61,363 nt of DNA, filler included, from Basidiobolus ranarum (GCA_040143965.1; 18 parts of 18 records of this genome joined end to end with filler, not necessarily neighbours in it), one strand, 5' to 3'. Shown: positions 35,399 to 47,743, counted from the first letter of the whole stretch. Notes: generated by a model from the sequence alone, not told the origin. Made by a program: numbers and translations.

Positions 35399-36386
35399 CC
35401 AAGTTTGTCATCTAATAATTTCACTGCCATTCAAAAAGAATTCAAAGTCAAAATCAACATTGGCTTCCAGGGAAAAGGCTGCTGGCACAAAAGGAAAAAA
35501 CCCAGCAAGAACAGACAACTTCATTGATCACAGTTAAGTGATCTACTATCCACTTTAGAAGGCATTAACATGCCAGAAACTAATTCAAGGAATGAAGAAG
35601 CATGAATCATATACCCAATGTGCTCCTTTCTAGCAATGGTGCAAGTGAAGAGATTGTAATTCCCCAATTACAGGTTAAATTGATAGTTGCACAAAGGTCA
35701 ACAGAAACACCATCAAGATCATCAACTTGCAAAATGGCTACTCTGCCAGGTATTGAACAACCCTCCATAGATAACTTGTATAGAACTATTACAATAAGGG
35801 AGCCAATGGCAGAGCATTGTAATGATTTGTATGTAATCATAAGTAAAAGTTACAAAGTTGCTATACAGGCCATGACAAGCAACCACACCACATTTTTGCA
35901 ATAAATGCAGCATTTAAAAGCAGCTAGTCAACCATTAGAGAGTCACTCAACAATGATACAAGACCTTCATAATGCTGTACTTGAGCTATGGAACAATGCT
36001 GCTCCATCCATCCATTCTCATATGGTATTTCAATCAATGCTACACCATACATATGAATGTCACTGTGACAATATAGCAGAGCAGAATATGCTTTGGACCA
36101 TTAAGCCTACACAACAACCAGAAATTGCTTGGGCACAGGAAAGTAGAAATCTCATAGAAAGCTGGCAAATCAAAAGACTCTAAATGTTAGAGCTGCTATC
36201 ACTTGCACTGATGATTAATGAATTAACATTTTTGAAACTCTGTGGAATCTTGCCCAAAATCATCTGGATTTGAGCCAATTGTGGAAAAAACCTAAAACCG
36301 GATGTTACTCTGATGGTTTTTGATATTTTTCATGTTGCCTATCCTAGGTTTTTGAAAGTAAATTGCAATTGGGCCAGTATAGGCCT

Positions 36387-37222
36387 ATTCATGAAACATC
36401 TCATAAATGTACACATTTATTGACTTGGAAAAGAAAGTAAAGTGGCTAAGGAGGTACTCAAGGAGCAGGAGGTTAGTAAACCCAAGGGAAAAGCAAAGAA
36501 GCCAGTGAGTTTAGGTTCAACTGTCCCACTTACCAAATTCTTTGCACCATTACAAATATCTGCAATTCCAGAGTCAGATATACTGGAAAAAAAGCTTAAT
36601 TTCACCATGGAACCAGGTACTCCAGTTGGAAGAGTGCTAAATTCAAAAGCTTATCCAACTCCTGGCACTTCTCAACAAGCCAAATCACTAGCAAATGAAA
36701 CTCATGGCTCTCCAACCTGAACTGGTACTTTTCAAAGTATTGAAATTAGCCCTAAAGTTACAGGCAAGCAAAAAGCTGCACAAACACTGCAAAGCACCCT
36801 CAGTACTATCACACCACAAGGATGTATAAAAGTAGTAAAAGTACTAGAGGAGTATTTTCAAAAGTATGAAGGCAAATACACAGTGCAAGTATGCTAAAAG
36901 TGGCTTTAGCAGAATAACATTCAACTTGACATTCAGTCTGGTCTGGTTCATGCAGATATATGGGAAAAACTTAATGCAGAGTGGCACAATATTGCAGGGT
37001 ATCTGCAAGATAGCTGGAAAATTGTTGATTCAGCAATGTTAATACAATAGTGGGCTCATTCATGAAACATCTCAAAAATGTACACATTTACTGACTTGGA
37101 AAAGAAAGTAAAGTGGCTAAGGAGGTACTCAAGGAGCAGGAAGTTAGTAAGCCCTAGAGAAAAGCAAAGAAGCTAGTGAGTTTAGGCTCTATTGCCCTAT
37201 TTAGCAAATTTTTCACACCATT
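36387..37222. repeat. ~165-bp direct repeat pair within an unclassified CpG-depleted element
   Basis: 36387-36551 and 37058-37222 both read ATTCATGAAACATCTC...GACTTGGAAAAGAAAGTAAAGTGGCTAAGGAGGTACTCAAGGAGCAGG...CACCATT. Confidence 0.85.
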
Positions 37223-37747
37223 TGTCACAATGAGGAACTGGACAAGGACTGGAAATAATGACAAGAGGCTAGAAGGCAAGGGAGTACTTGGGTGTAGACC
37301 ACAAGATAAGAAAAGATAAGACTGGACAGGGAAGATACTTTGGCAAGAATCTTTATTGATAACTAGTGTTAATCCAACTGAGGTCTGATCATGGAAAACA
37401 TGGGGCTTATACGGATCTTGCAAGGTGTAATATAAAACCCTGAATACGGAATATACTGTGGCAAGTTCAAGAGTTGGGGTGTTGGGGACTACAAGGACCA
37501 ATACAAATAGGGATGATNNNNNNNNNNNNNNNNNNNNNNNNNNNNNNNNNNNNNNNNNNNNTTAATTAATTAANNNNNNNNNNNNNNNNNNNNNNNNNNN
37601 NNNNNNNNNNNNNNNNNTTTCTACGGTTTTTCTTCTGTGAAACAAACGTCAGTTTTACTGCCTCTCACACAATACCAGTGGCTTAGGATAAACTAATTTA
37701 TTATATGTTTCATTATGTTATATGATTCTTTTGACCTTATCGTGTAA

Positions 37748-37820
37748 GGCCCTGTAGCTCAGTGGATAGAGCGTCCGCCTCCTAAGCGGAAGGTCCCGGG
37801 CTCGACCCCCGGTTGGGTTG
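37748..37820 (+). tRNA. tRNA-Arg(CCT), atypical or possibly pseudo
   Basis: D stem GCTC/GAGC; anticodon stem TCCGC/GCGGA with loop CT-CCT-AA; T stem CCGGG/CCCGG; followed by a TTTTTT Pol III terminator. The acceptor stem is weak (GGCCCTG/TTGGGTT) and the T loop is CTCGACC. Confidence 0.85.
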
Positions 37821-38662
37821 TTTTTTCTTTGCCAAATTTGCTGTCATGTCCTTTGTGTATTTTATGACTACTTAATATCTTGAATTGGCATTTTTAATTC
37901 TTCACACTTATAGACTATTACTACTAATATTTAACTCGTATATTGCTTAGTGTTAATTTAGTTTCTCAGATGATTTATTGTCTGTGGTTAAATACTTAGA
38001 TGGAAGTCATTTAGAATTAGATTACATTAAGCCAACAACCCGTTTAGATATATTTGAAACGAATATTACTAATATAGCTAGATGAGTTACGTTGTCAAGA
38101 ATAACCTATCATAGAAAAGCTTACAAAAAGATATGAGAATTTTACATCGTGTAGGACCACAGCGTGTGAGTTTACAACCTGCCATGTACGAATATATAGA
38201 ATTCGCTTTTGATGTGTTGGCTAGAGATATGTCATGTATTATTAGAATCATTCTTGAGAGCGTTACCTTAATATCTTTACTGTGTGCTAAAAAACCATAG
38301 TCAAAAGTAGCATCTATTCACCAATCAATTACGCATCCCAACTGAGCCCAGAAAAATTATCAACCATAATAATTCACTGAATTCGGTGCTATTTACTGGA
38401 ATATTTGCAGATTGTAGAATCATGTTATAATAACTTGAATTCATCTGAGCAAAATTCCTACCGCTCTGACAGATAGGCGCAGCTCATCTGAGCATTATAT
38501 TATGTGTGTGAGTTTGATTGAAGAGTATCACCATGCTAATCATGATTTTTATTGTATTGGTTAAGTGATTTATTTTAATATCAAACAACAAGTAATACAT
38601 ACACAGTGTATTTATCATTAAAATTACATTCATTTTATTTGATTATAATGTTGACGAGATAC

Positions 38663-40894
38663 TTAGTTCGAAGTATGCATTTCTCTAGCCTCATGAAGAT
38701 TTTCTTTGGCTTGACCATGAGTTGCTTGACCTTCTGACTTCAACTCTTCATTTCCTAATATAGAGCCTGCTACTTGCTTGATTTTTCCCAAGAGCATACT
38801 ACCTAATGCAGAGGCGGTGCCTGTTTCCGCATTTGTAGAGTCATCACGATGGATAGGAGTGTTGTTGGTTGCATCGCTTAATCCATTCTCATTGTGGCTT
38901 CTGTCCGATAAATCTTTTTGGGAAAGATGGTCGTTAGTCTCGAGTTTACCGCTGAGATCACGGTCAGAAAGACTATGCTCTCCATCTAATACGTCCTTTG
39001 AACCAATACGAGAAGAGCCGTTGAGAGTATTGTCACGCCCCAAAGATGTATCATTGATTCTCTTGTTATTTAAGCCAGTTGTATTCAAGTTACGATTATC
39101 GACATCCGATACTCCTGCACCTCCCTGAGGGTAAGTAGAATGACTGTTGTGATGTTCAGAACGGTCATTTCTATCTGCCAAACTACTCAAACCAGAGCCG
39201 ACAGCGACACTTCCAGCTCCAAGAGTACAATTATGGCTATGAACCTTATCGTCAACTCCATGGTGATTCGAGTTGTGAGCGAACGATTGAAGAGAAGGGG
39301 CAAGTGAATCATCATGGTTGTGGGCTACATTGGGCACCCCAGCTTCACGAGAGGGTTCAGATAAAGGGTTGGTGGGGTTAAAGATACCATTACTACTGTG
39401 ATTGCGAATACTATTAGGATCATTATGGCCGACCTGACCATGTCCTGTTACATCGGTAATTTCGTTAGACTCCACGAGTTTGGTTCCTGTAGGTCTTGAT
39501 TTACGTGATGGATTGCCAAAGCTATCAGTCAATACTTCTTGAGTTGTAAACTCGCCAAAGTGTGGTTTGATTGTTTTGTGGTTGTCAGATAAAGAGGAAT
39601 TAACTCTGTCACCAGAGTTGGCATGACTTCCAATGCTTCTATCAACTGCACCATCTCTGTGTGCACTATTTTCTTGATAGGTAGGAGGAATGGGTGCACT
39701 ACTTGCCATTCCACTAGCAGCTTCCGAGCCTTGAGCGTTTACTAAATGGCTAGAATGATGTTTCTCACTGTGGATGTTGGAGTCCAATCCTGAGTTGGCT
39801 CCAAATTCACTAGATCTTCTAAGCGCACTGGCCACGTTTGTATGATCAGCAGGATTGCTAATGTCATGCTTGTATTCGTTGATTTGGTTGTCGACTTCGG
39901 AGCCAAGTCCAGTGCTTCCACTGCCTGGCAATAAAGATCTGTTTCTATTGTGTCCTAACTCGTTTTGAGTATTTCCGGTTCTACCACTGAGGCTGTCATT
40001 GGGACTGAAAGTATTGGATACTGGGTGACTAGAAGCCATGGGAGCGTTGTGTACTGAGCGAGTGCTGATATTGTCATCGGCTCCAGGTCCAGTGGATCGT
40101 GGCTGATGATCAATATTTTGGGTAGATTTATCATCGAGGGAAGTATTATGAATATCGTGGATGAGTTGGCTCATATTATGAGCATCACCGATATTGCTAC
40201 CTGGAATTTTGTTGTTGTTATGAGTGTGAAGACTTCCTGGTTGCTCATGATGCTGATAGTTGTGATGACCACTATGATGCTCGCCAGCACCAATTGCACT
40301 GGATCTGTCATAGAGACCACTATCTACTTGGTGATTATGCTGATTGTTAAAAGGGTTATTACTTTCAAGATCTGCACCGATATTGTTCTTGGCGCCTTGG
40401 AGAGTTGCTGACACATCTGGGTTTACTCTATCAGGTGTACTTGTGTGGTCGTAGAGGCTAGTGGTTTTGATATTTGTTGCATATTGGTTGTTGCTTCCAA
40501 TATCAGCGCCAATAGTGTCCTTGGCACTATGAGGAGTAGTCGACACACTGGGGTTAACTGTGTGTTGACTATCGTGTGTGAGATTGCCTCTGTTTAGGCT
40601 AGTGAGTCTTTCGTTCTTATTGAAACCGTGGTCTCCGGGGAAAGATCCCGGGATATTGACAAACGAATCTTGTTCATTGTGAAGTGGCTTCGAATGATCA
40701 TGACTTGGAAGGATGTTGTGTGCGGAAGTTTCCAGAGTAGATTTGTCACGATTTAGGGAGTCACGTCCGAATTCAGGAGTATTTACAAAGGAAGGATCTG
40801 CAGCATGTTGTTGAACAGAGCCAGAAGTGATTGGGTTAGATTGGAAATCTTGGGAGCGGTCATCAGATGGGCGTGTGTCATTGAAGGAGCTCAT
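38663..40894 (-). CDS. 743-aa hydrophilin/LEA-like disordered protein with a C-terminal CsbD-like motif
   Basis: Intact ORF rich in S/N/H/D/G. The C-terminus GKIKQVAGSILGNEELKSEGQATHGQAKE matches the CsbD-like stress motif. Confidence 0.8.
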   Translation of the reverse strand: MSSFNDTRPSDDRSQDFQSNPITSGSVQQHAADPSFVNTPEFGRDSLNRDKSTLETSAHNILPSHDHSKPLHNEQDSFVNIPGSFPGDHGFNKNERLTSLNRGNLTHDSQHTVNPSVSTTPHSAKDTIGADIGSNNQYATNIKTTSLYDHTSTPDRVNPDVSATLQGAKNNIGADLESNNPFNNQHNHQVDSGLYDRSSAIGAGEHHSGHHNYQHHEQPGSLHTHNNNKIPGSNIGDAHNMSQLIHDIHNTSLDDKSTQNIDHQPRSTGPGADDNISTRSVHNAPMASSHPVSNTFSPNDSLSGRTGNTQNELGHNRNRSLLPGSGSTGLGSEVDNQINEYKHDISNPADHTNVASALRRSSEFGANSGLDSNIHSEKHHSSHLVNAQGSEAASGMASSAPIPPTYQENSAHRDGAVDRSIGSHANSGDRVNSSLSDNHKTIKPHFGEFTTQEVLTDSFGNPSRKSRPTGTKLVESNEITDVTGHGQVGHNDPNSIRNHSSNGIFNPTNPLSEPSREAGVPNVAHNHDDSLAPSLQSFAHNSNHHGVDDKVHSHNCTLGAGSVAVGSGLSSLADRNDRSEHHNSHSTYPQGGAGVSDVDNRNLNTTGLNNKRINDTSLGRDNTLNGSSRIGSKDVLDGEHSLSDRDLSGKLETNDHLSQKDLSDRSHNENGLSDATNNTPIHRDDSTNAETGTASALGSMLLGKIKQVAGSILGNEELKSEGQATHGQAKENLHEAREMHTSN

Positions 40895-41026
40895 AATGAA
40901 AATAGTGTATACAATGTTAAAGTTAGNNNNNNNNNNNNNNNNNNNNNNNNNNNNNNNNNNNNNNNNNNNNTTAATTAATTAANNNNNNNNNNNNNNNNNN
41001 NNNNNNNNNNNNNNNNNNNNNNNNNN

Positions 41027-44000
41027 CAGAACTACCTGCAGTCCATTAAGATGCTGGAATCCAGCAGTAGAAAATACAATTGTTGTACGAAGAATTGGGT
41101 TACAGCGAACGACAGTTTCCCATGCTGATCTGAACCGGCCATAGTCCAGGTTAGATTCGCAGCGAAAGACTTGCTGATTTAGATACTTCGAGTCCTCCTT
41201 CATGCCAAGGGCCATCAGTGCTTCTTGCATCGGAGAGCAAGGATATATGTCCTCAACATCAGCCAAGTCGATTCCGTTTTGTGCTACATCACAACTTAGT
41301 AAATGGTCCAACTCATCTGAGTCTAAATGGAGTAGCGTGAATGGCTCTAATATCTGGTGAATATCTTGGTCAGTATCTATTCGCTCACTAGCCTGAGATA
41401 TTCCAGCGATAGACGTGTATTCATAGATATCTTTCACTGTTATGCTGTAGCCAATCTTGTTTGCCGCAGCTACGAGTCTTATAGCCAAGATTGAGTCGCC
41501 TCCATGGGTAAAGAATGAGTCATGAATACCAATCGTACTCTCGGGAACCTTTAGCACGCCAGCCCATAACTCTACCCAGCATTCTTCTTCTTTGGTCCTA
41601 GCTGAAACGTAACCGCTATCTCCTCCAGAATTCACCGACATCAACTCCTCTTTACTTAGTGAATCGTACAAGGTAAGCAAGTGTGGACGATTGATCTTGC
41701 CACTTGTTGTGATGGGCATATTGTTAAGAGGAACCCATACGGTTGGAATCATATATGGCGGTAGCTTTGTGTGTAGTGAGGTCCTAACATCTTCAATATA
41801 TCGCCCTAGTTCATTCTTAGTCGAGCTGATTAAAAGTCTTGTCGTGGGGTCGCTATCAATCAGGTCATGAAATGTAATAAAAGTGGCCAGAGCTTTATGA
41901 TTCACACTCGTATCGGTGATTACGGAAACCACACAAGCTCTTGCGACTGCTGGGTTCTCATGAAGAGCATATTCTATCTCATCCAACTCGATTCTCAAGC
42001 CATGCAGTTTGATTTGGTTGTCTTTGCGACCAATCAATTCTACAGATCCGTCTGGATTGAACCGTGCAAGATCACCAGTGCGATAGAGTCTTTCTCCTGA
42101 AGCGACAGCACTTGGCCTAAATGATTGCATAGTAAGATCTGGTCGATTTAAGTAGCCACGTGCCAGTTGTGGACCACTGACACAAAGTTCACCACATACA
42201 CCCAGCGGAACCGGATACATATTGTCGCCCAGAATATATATTTTGTTACTGCCAATTGGTTTCCCGATATTGCCGCATGAAGTTTTCTCACTCACAATTG
42301 GATTCGCCATCATTATAGCAGTCAATTCTGTTGGACCATACAGATTATATAGTGCAACCACGTTCGACCATGTTTGTAACACTACCGTTGTGATCATTTC
42401 CCCAAACACCATTGCTTTCTTTACGGATGGTACATTCTGTGGATAGACATTGCTGATAATAGTTATAGTTAAGCAGATTGCAGTTACATCCATCATCCGA
42501 ATACAGCCCTCTAGGTCTGTTAGTAATTGATCCTTACTAGCTAACGCAAGGCAAGCTCCGGAAAACAAAGTAGGGAAGATCTCCAACACAGATGCGTCAA
42601 AAGTATAATTGGTGAATTGCAACACTACGTCTGTTGTAGTCAAATTCCATATATCATGGAAGTGTTCCATTAAGTTCATCACCGCGTAGTGCTCAATCAT
42701 CACACCCTTTGGTGTCCCGGTAGAACCAGAGGTATACAATACATAGCATAAATTAGACACTGTAAGTCCACTTACGAAAGGATTATTGATAGAGCAACGT
42801 TGAATACTCTGCATATCACCATCCATCAGTACCAACTGTGGTTGTTCAAAATTCAACTTGTAGCGATCAATGGTAACCACCACCTGAGCTTTTGTCTCCT
42901 TGATAATGAAGTCGTTTCTCACCGATGGGTTGTTTGGATCAAGTGGAACATAGGCACCACCAGCTTTAAGAACAGCCAGGATAGCTACAATCATGAAGAC
43001 TGACTTGTCGAGGCAGAGTGGCACCATCGATTCCGGTCCGACTCCGAGATTGATCAAATGGTGAGCCAATTGGTTGGCACGTTGATTGAGTTCATCGTAG
43101 GTGACATATTCTGATGTTTCAAATTGTACGGCTACGCTGTTAGGATGTAGTACCGCTACTTGTTCAAACATAGCGTGTAAGCATATTGGGTTTGGTTGAG
43201 GATGTTTGACGCCGCTCCAACTTTGAACCAACTGCTCTTCATTCGATGAAATGATGCTCAAGTCTTCAACCAAAGTATTAGGATTCTGCACTATCCTTTT
43301 AATCGCAGTTACAAAGTGATTAAGTAACCAACCGCATTCGTCCTGACTGATATCATTGGAGTTGCATCTGAGAGCTATCTCGTGATTTGTGCCATTAGAA
43401 GATAGCTCAATCAATATAGGAAACTCCATACTCATGGTAGATTGGTAGCGCTTTAATCCGACAGAACTGAATCTTCCGGTGGAGTCTCTCGGTGCCATAT
43501 TTTGAATTGCTAAAAGGGTATCAAAAGGCATTTTGGAGCTTGTGCTATTGCAAGATTGAATAATATCTTGCAAACCAATAGTCTGATGGTCATATTGGCC
43601 CATTTGAGCTTGGTGAATTGCCACCATCGAATCTAGGAGTGGCACAGAATCTTCCAACGTCACTTGCATAGGAAGTGTGTTGATACAGGGCCCGCATATT
43701 TCGTGAACATGATTGAGAGGGATACTTCTACCAGAATCAACAATGCCAAATAGCACATCAGAACTACCAGTGTGAGATTTCAGTACCAAGGCCCATGCAA
43801 GGTACACAATAGTAGCCATTGTCATACCATGCTCACTGCTAAACCCACTGAAATCAGCATCAAAGCGTTCGGTGATTGTAGACGTCACAGGGACTTCAGC
43901 ACTAGAGCGTGTTGCTCTAGTCAGGTGGGTTGTGGGAACGTCATGTAACCGGGTTCTCCAATACTCGATGGCCTCTTCTCTATCCAAAGATAGTATGTGA

Positions 44001-44335
44001 TCAATGTAGATGTTATATGATGGGCGAATTGGTAAAAGCTGGTTTTCATAGGCATTGTAAAAATCGGAAATCAAGTGGTCCATTGACCAAGCGTCGTATA
44101 ACGAATGATGTATAGTCCATATTATGTATGCAGGTGATCCATGAGCCCGAATAAGCGTAAATCGAGTCAGTAGCTCTCCAGTGTGAATTCCTTCATCTTT
44201 ATCAACTCTGAGAATGCGTTGCAGTCCTTCATCTTGTATCTCAGCAGCATCCAAGTCGTAGACATTCCATTCAACACTCTTGTTCCCCAGAACTACCTGC
44301 AGTCCATTAAGATGCTGGAATCCAGCAGTAGAAAA
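41027..44335 (-). CDS. NRPS internal fragment: one complete C-A-T module (split C domain), open across the whole contig
   Basis: C: HHSLYDAWS, CGPCINTLP. A: YTSGSTGTPKG, FDASV, YGPTE, GELCVSGPQLARGY, YRTGDL, GRKDNQIK, LPPYMIP, SGKINR. T: FFTHGGDSI. Next C start: DIYPCSPMQE. No stops or introns. Confidence 0.97.
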
Positions 44336-44515
44336 NNNNNNNNNNNNNNNNNNNNNNNNNNNNNNNNNNNNNNNNNNNNTTAATTAATTAANNNNNNNNN
44401 NNNNNNNNNNNNNNNNNNNNNNNNNNNNNNNNNNNACTTTTATTGAGAACGATATGAAAGGGTTTATTTGGTTGAAGTATTTTAACTAATCTTTCTTTAT
44501 CTATTCAAAATTTAG

Positions 44516-45709
44516 TATGACCAAAAAAGAATCTCGAAGACCGGAACAACGTGCGGTTGATAAAACTTATTATTATATTGATTACAAACAGTTGGTGGAT
44601 GTAGTTAAATGGAAAATGTACAAAATGCGTGAGTTGGTTCGAACCAAGATGCGTAGTGTAAGTACATATATTTACGGACAAACTTATTGAATTTCCCTCC
44701 CCTCCTAATTGACCTCCTTCAATGCCTTAGGAACTTGATAACAAAGGATACGTGTGTCCAATGTGTGGAAAAACCTACAGTGCTCTAGAGGTTCAATCCT
44801 TAATGGATATGACTACATTTCTATTTCACTGTGAAATCTGTAGCAACGAGTTACGGGAGAATGATAATGCAGATAATGTAAAGACATCTGAGGAATTTCA
44901 TTCTAGGTGAGGAATATGCATTCACTGTAGTGTTACAAACTTCAATAACCCTAATGAATCTTTTGAATCCAAGGTTAATGGAACAATCAAAGCCCATTAT
45001 TGAGTTACTCAAATTAACGGACGACTTGGTGATGCCAGCGTGAGCCAGTTTTATAGTCATATCATCAGTTGTATTTGTATTCAAATTGGTTGTTGATTTC
45101 TCAGATTCTCTTTGGAAGGTCTTGGAGATGATTCAAATGATGCGAACTCCAAAAATGGAGATACTGGAGCTCGTAAGTTATATTGTTTGATGTGCAGTCT
45201 CCAGCATTTGCCAAGTAGCTTATTTTCTACTAAAACCTCACAGGTTCCTCAGCATTTGACCGTGAACTCAGTTATGCCCAAGATACAGGAATGGCGGCCG
45301 GAGAAGTTCGAATCATTTTTGAAGATGATAAAAAGGATAGTTCAAGGGCTCGTGAGTTGGAGCTGGAGAAGAAGCGGTACTTTAGAAATATTAGATGTTT
45401 AGTTGCTTCACCATTATATTTAATCGGTGCATTGATATTAGACAACAGAATGCTCTACCAGCATGGTACATGAAGAGTACAATCACAGGAGAGCTTGCCA
45501 AACCACAGTCGGCAAATCCCGCTTTAGAATCTAGTTTAGAGGCAGCTGAGCAAATGGAGCAATTTGATCCAGACGAAATTCTTGAACGAGAAGACTGTAA
45601 GTGATTTCTTTTTGGGTATTTTCCCTTGGCAATTCATGCTGACTTTGATTGAATCTAATTAGACTATGCCGAATATTATGCACATTTGCAAAAGCTGATG
45701 GTTAATTAA
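44516..45709 (+). CDS. TFA1: General transcription factor TFIIE alpha subunit, 3' part (5' truncated)
   Basis: Exons 44516-44657, 44731-44906, 44974-45039, 45105-45172, 45244-45376, 45442-45596 and 45663-45709 with GT-AG introns. Product has TYYYIDYKQLVDVVKWKM, the zinc ribbon YVCPMC...FHCEIC..EL and QQNALPAWYMKSTITGE. Confidence 0.92.
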
Positions 45710-46293
45710 GCTCAGACCTAGTAATATATATCGCATTATTTAACCAGGAAGTATACCTTTGTTAAATGATCAGTCGCTCTTTCTAGACAGACTTCATGTA
45801 AATAAATATCGTCCATTTACTACAGTTCATGAGAAAACCATTATAGAATGAAGCCGATCTGGTTTGAGATTGGCGGTGGCTTAGTGCATGGAACGAATAT
45901 AAAAACTGACACAAGTATAGCATAGTTTGCATGTGAGTGCTTGATCAATGCTTCAACGAGCATACACTAATCATCAATAGACTCAGGAGCACTCTTTAGA
46001 TCCAAAATGGCAATATGAAACTGTTGCTTTATTCCGTGCTGCATATCGAGGCACTATACAGGGTGTCTTGAGGATTGTAAGTTGCAATGTGTTCCCAACA
46101 ACCAACAACACTTGAATCTATGGTATGGTCAAGCTTGAGAGGGTTCCTTATACTAGATAGGTTCCGATATATATTTTAGCATCCACTAATACCATTGATT
46201 CAATTGAGAAAAGGTTGTGGTTGAGAGTTTAATCAAAGTATATATTTCATCTACTTAGCAAGCGTGTATTGTATACAGAATAATTTGAACAAG

Positions 46294-46602
46294 CTAACAA
46301 TTTCCAGCTGCTTTGTTCTTGGCCCCTAATGATGGTGGTAACGCTAAGGCTCCCCCTACGATGGCGTTTCTACGACGAAATACGTAGTCAGGTATTGTTC
46401 TATCTAGCTCCATTTTAACGGATGATCTATCTGTTTGCTCATCAGTTGTGATAGACTCTAACATTGCTGCTGTGGGGGTGGCAGTAGTGGCAAGTAAAGG
46501 ACTGGATGCACTGATATGATAATATTTCTTAAATTTTATACAACGACTTTCACCGATCTCTACGATGTTCAGTGTACGCTTCGGGTTTACCGTAGAAGTC
46601 AT
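46294..46602 (-). CDS. Small hypothetical protein (102 aa) with an FRRRNAIV motif
   Basis: Intact ATG-TAG ORF in CpG-retaining DNA, with a pyrimidine-rich upstream region and a TATA-like element on the minus strand. Confidence 0.6.
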   Translation of the reverse strand: MTSTVNPKRTLNIVEIGESRCIKFKKYYHISASSPLLATTATPTAAMLESITTDEQTDRSSVKMELDRTIPDYVFRRRNAIVGGALALPPSLGAKNKAAGNC

Positions 46603-47482
46603 ATATATATATATATACGCAAGATAACAAGGCCAGAGAGTGTGCGAGTGGCAAAATGGAATTGTAGTTTGTTCTCGAGAAAGTACTTTTGTGGTTAAGA
46701 GTGTGAAGAGCGGTTAAGAGACGATATGTACATATATATTTGTATTAAGTAGCAACGAGGTGTATACTAGTCTATTTATACTGAAGAAGAAGAAGGGTGA
46801 AGTGGTGGAGGTAAGGATAAGAGAGGCGGAGAAAGGATAAGAGCATTGCAGATTGCAGAGACAGACCCTACTTATAATTTCAAGACTCAATGGGAATAGG
46901 GTGGCTCGGAAAAAAGGCCTCTAAGCGTACTCTGCCGAAAGATTGATTTGTGGGTAGGGGGAGGTGAGAGAATGAAGTGAATCCTAGTGATTGTTTCCCA
47001 CAACTGAGCTTGAGAAGAATCCATTGAATAGTGAAACTTGTCCCTTCTTATGCTCGGTTTAAAATAATCATCCTGACGTGGCCACAGACTTCATGACATC
47101 TAGATAATTTAAAAGCATACAATGAGTATGTTTCGAATATCACGCCTAAACTACAGGGCCAGTTCATCATGATTTATGTGGCATACAACGTAGTTTTAAA
47201 CAGGGCCAATATAAGTGAATATGTGGCATATTATACTGGGTTTCCCTCCAACTGAAGATAATGATGAGACATCTGCAGCGAATCCTATATAATTGCACAA
47301 TCCGTACAGATGCCTACAATAATGAATATCCATAATGTATTCTAGTCATATTGGTATACATTATTATATGGCCAATCCTTATAGTAACTCCACATATCTA
47401 ATTGCAATACAATCGATTAAAACTGTTAGTCACATCATTAGAGCCCAAGATTAGCCGTAGTTAAAGCTTTCTCTGGATACTT

Positions 47483-47743
47483 ATGCCAGAAACTAAGGAA
47501 AAGACTCCCAAAGACCAACATAAAGGAAAATCAAGAGCCCTGGAAGAGGCTACACCGAGAGAAAACCTCTTACAACGTGTAAAATACTCAGCAACTACTC
47601 TCACAGGCTCTGTAAATAGTAATTCATACTCTTTGAGCAATGCCACAACCACTGGATTGAGTCAAATGGTACACAGCAAACAAGTTACTGGTCATATCGA
47701 CACTTCAGCTTCATTGAAGTGTTTGAAAGAGACTGAACGAGGT
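47483..47743 (+). CDS. Hypothetical protein, N-terminal fragment
   Basis: The ATG-initiated frame is open to the contig edge (MPETKEKTPKDQHKGKSRA...). No recognisable domain. Confidence 0.5.

Noticed and set aside
41027-44335. Circular plasmid or eccDNA encoding an NRPS module
   Set aside because: There is no start, stop, promoter or replication function. A terminal overlap is more simply explained by a repeat collapsed in assembly.
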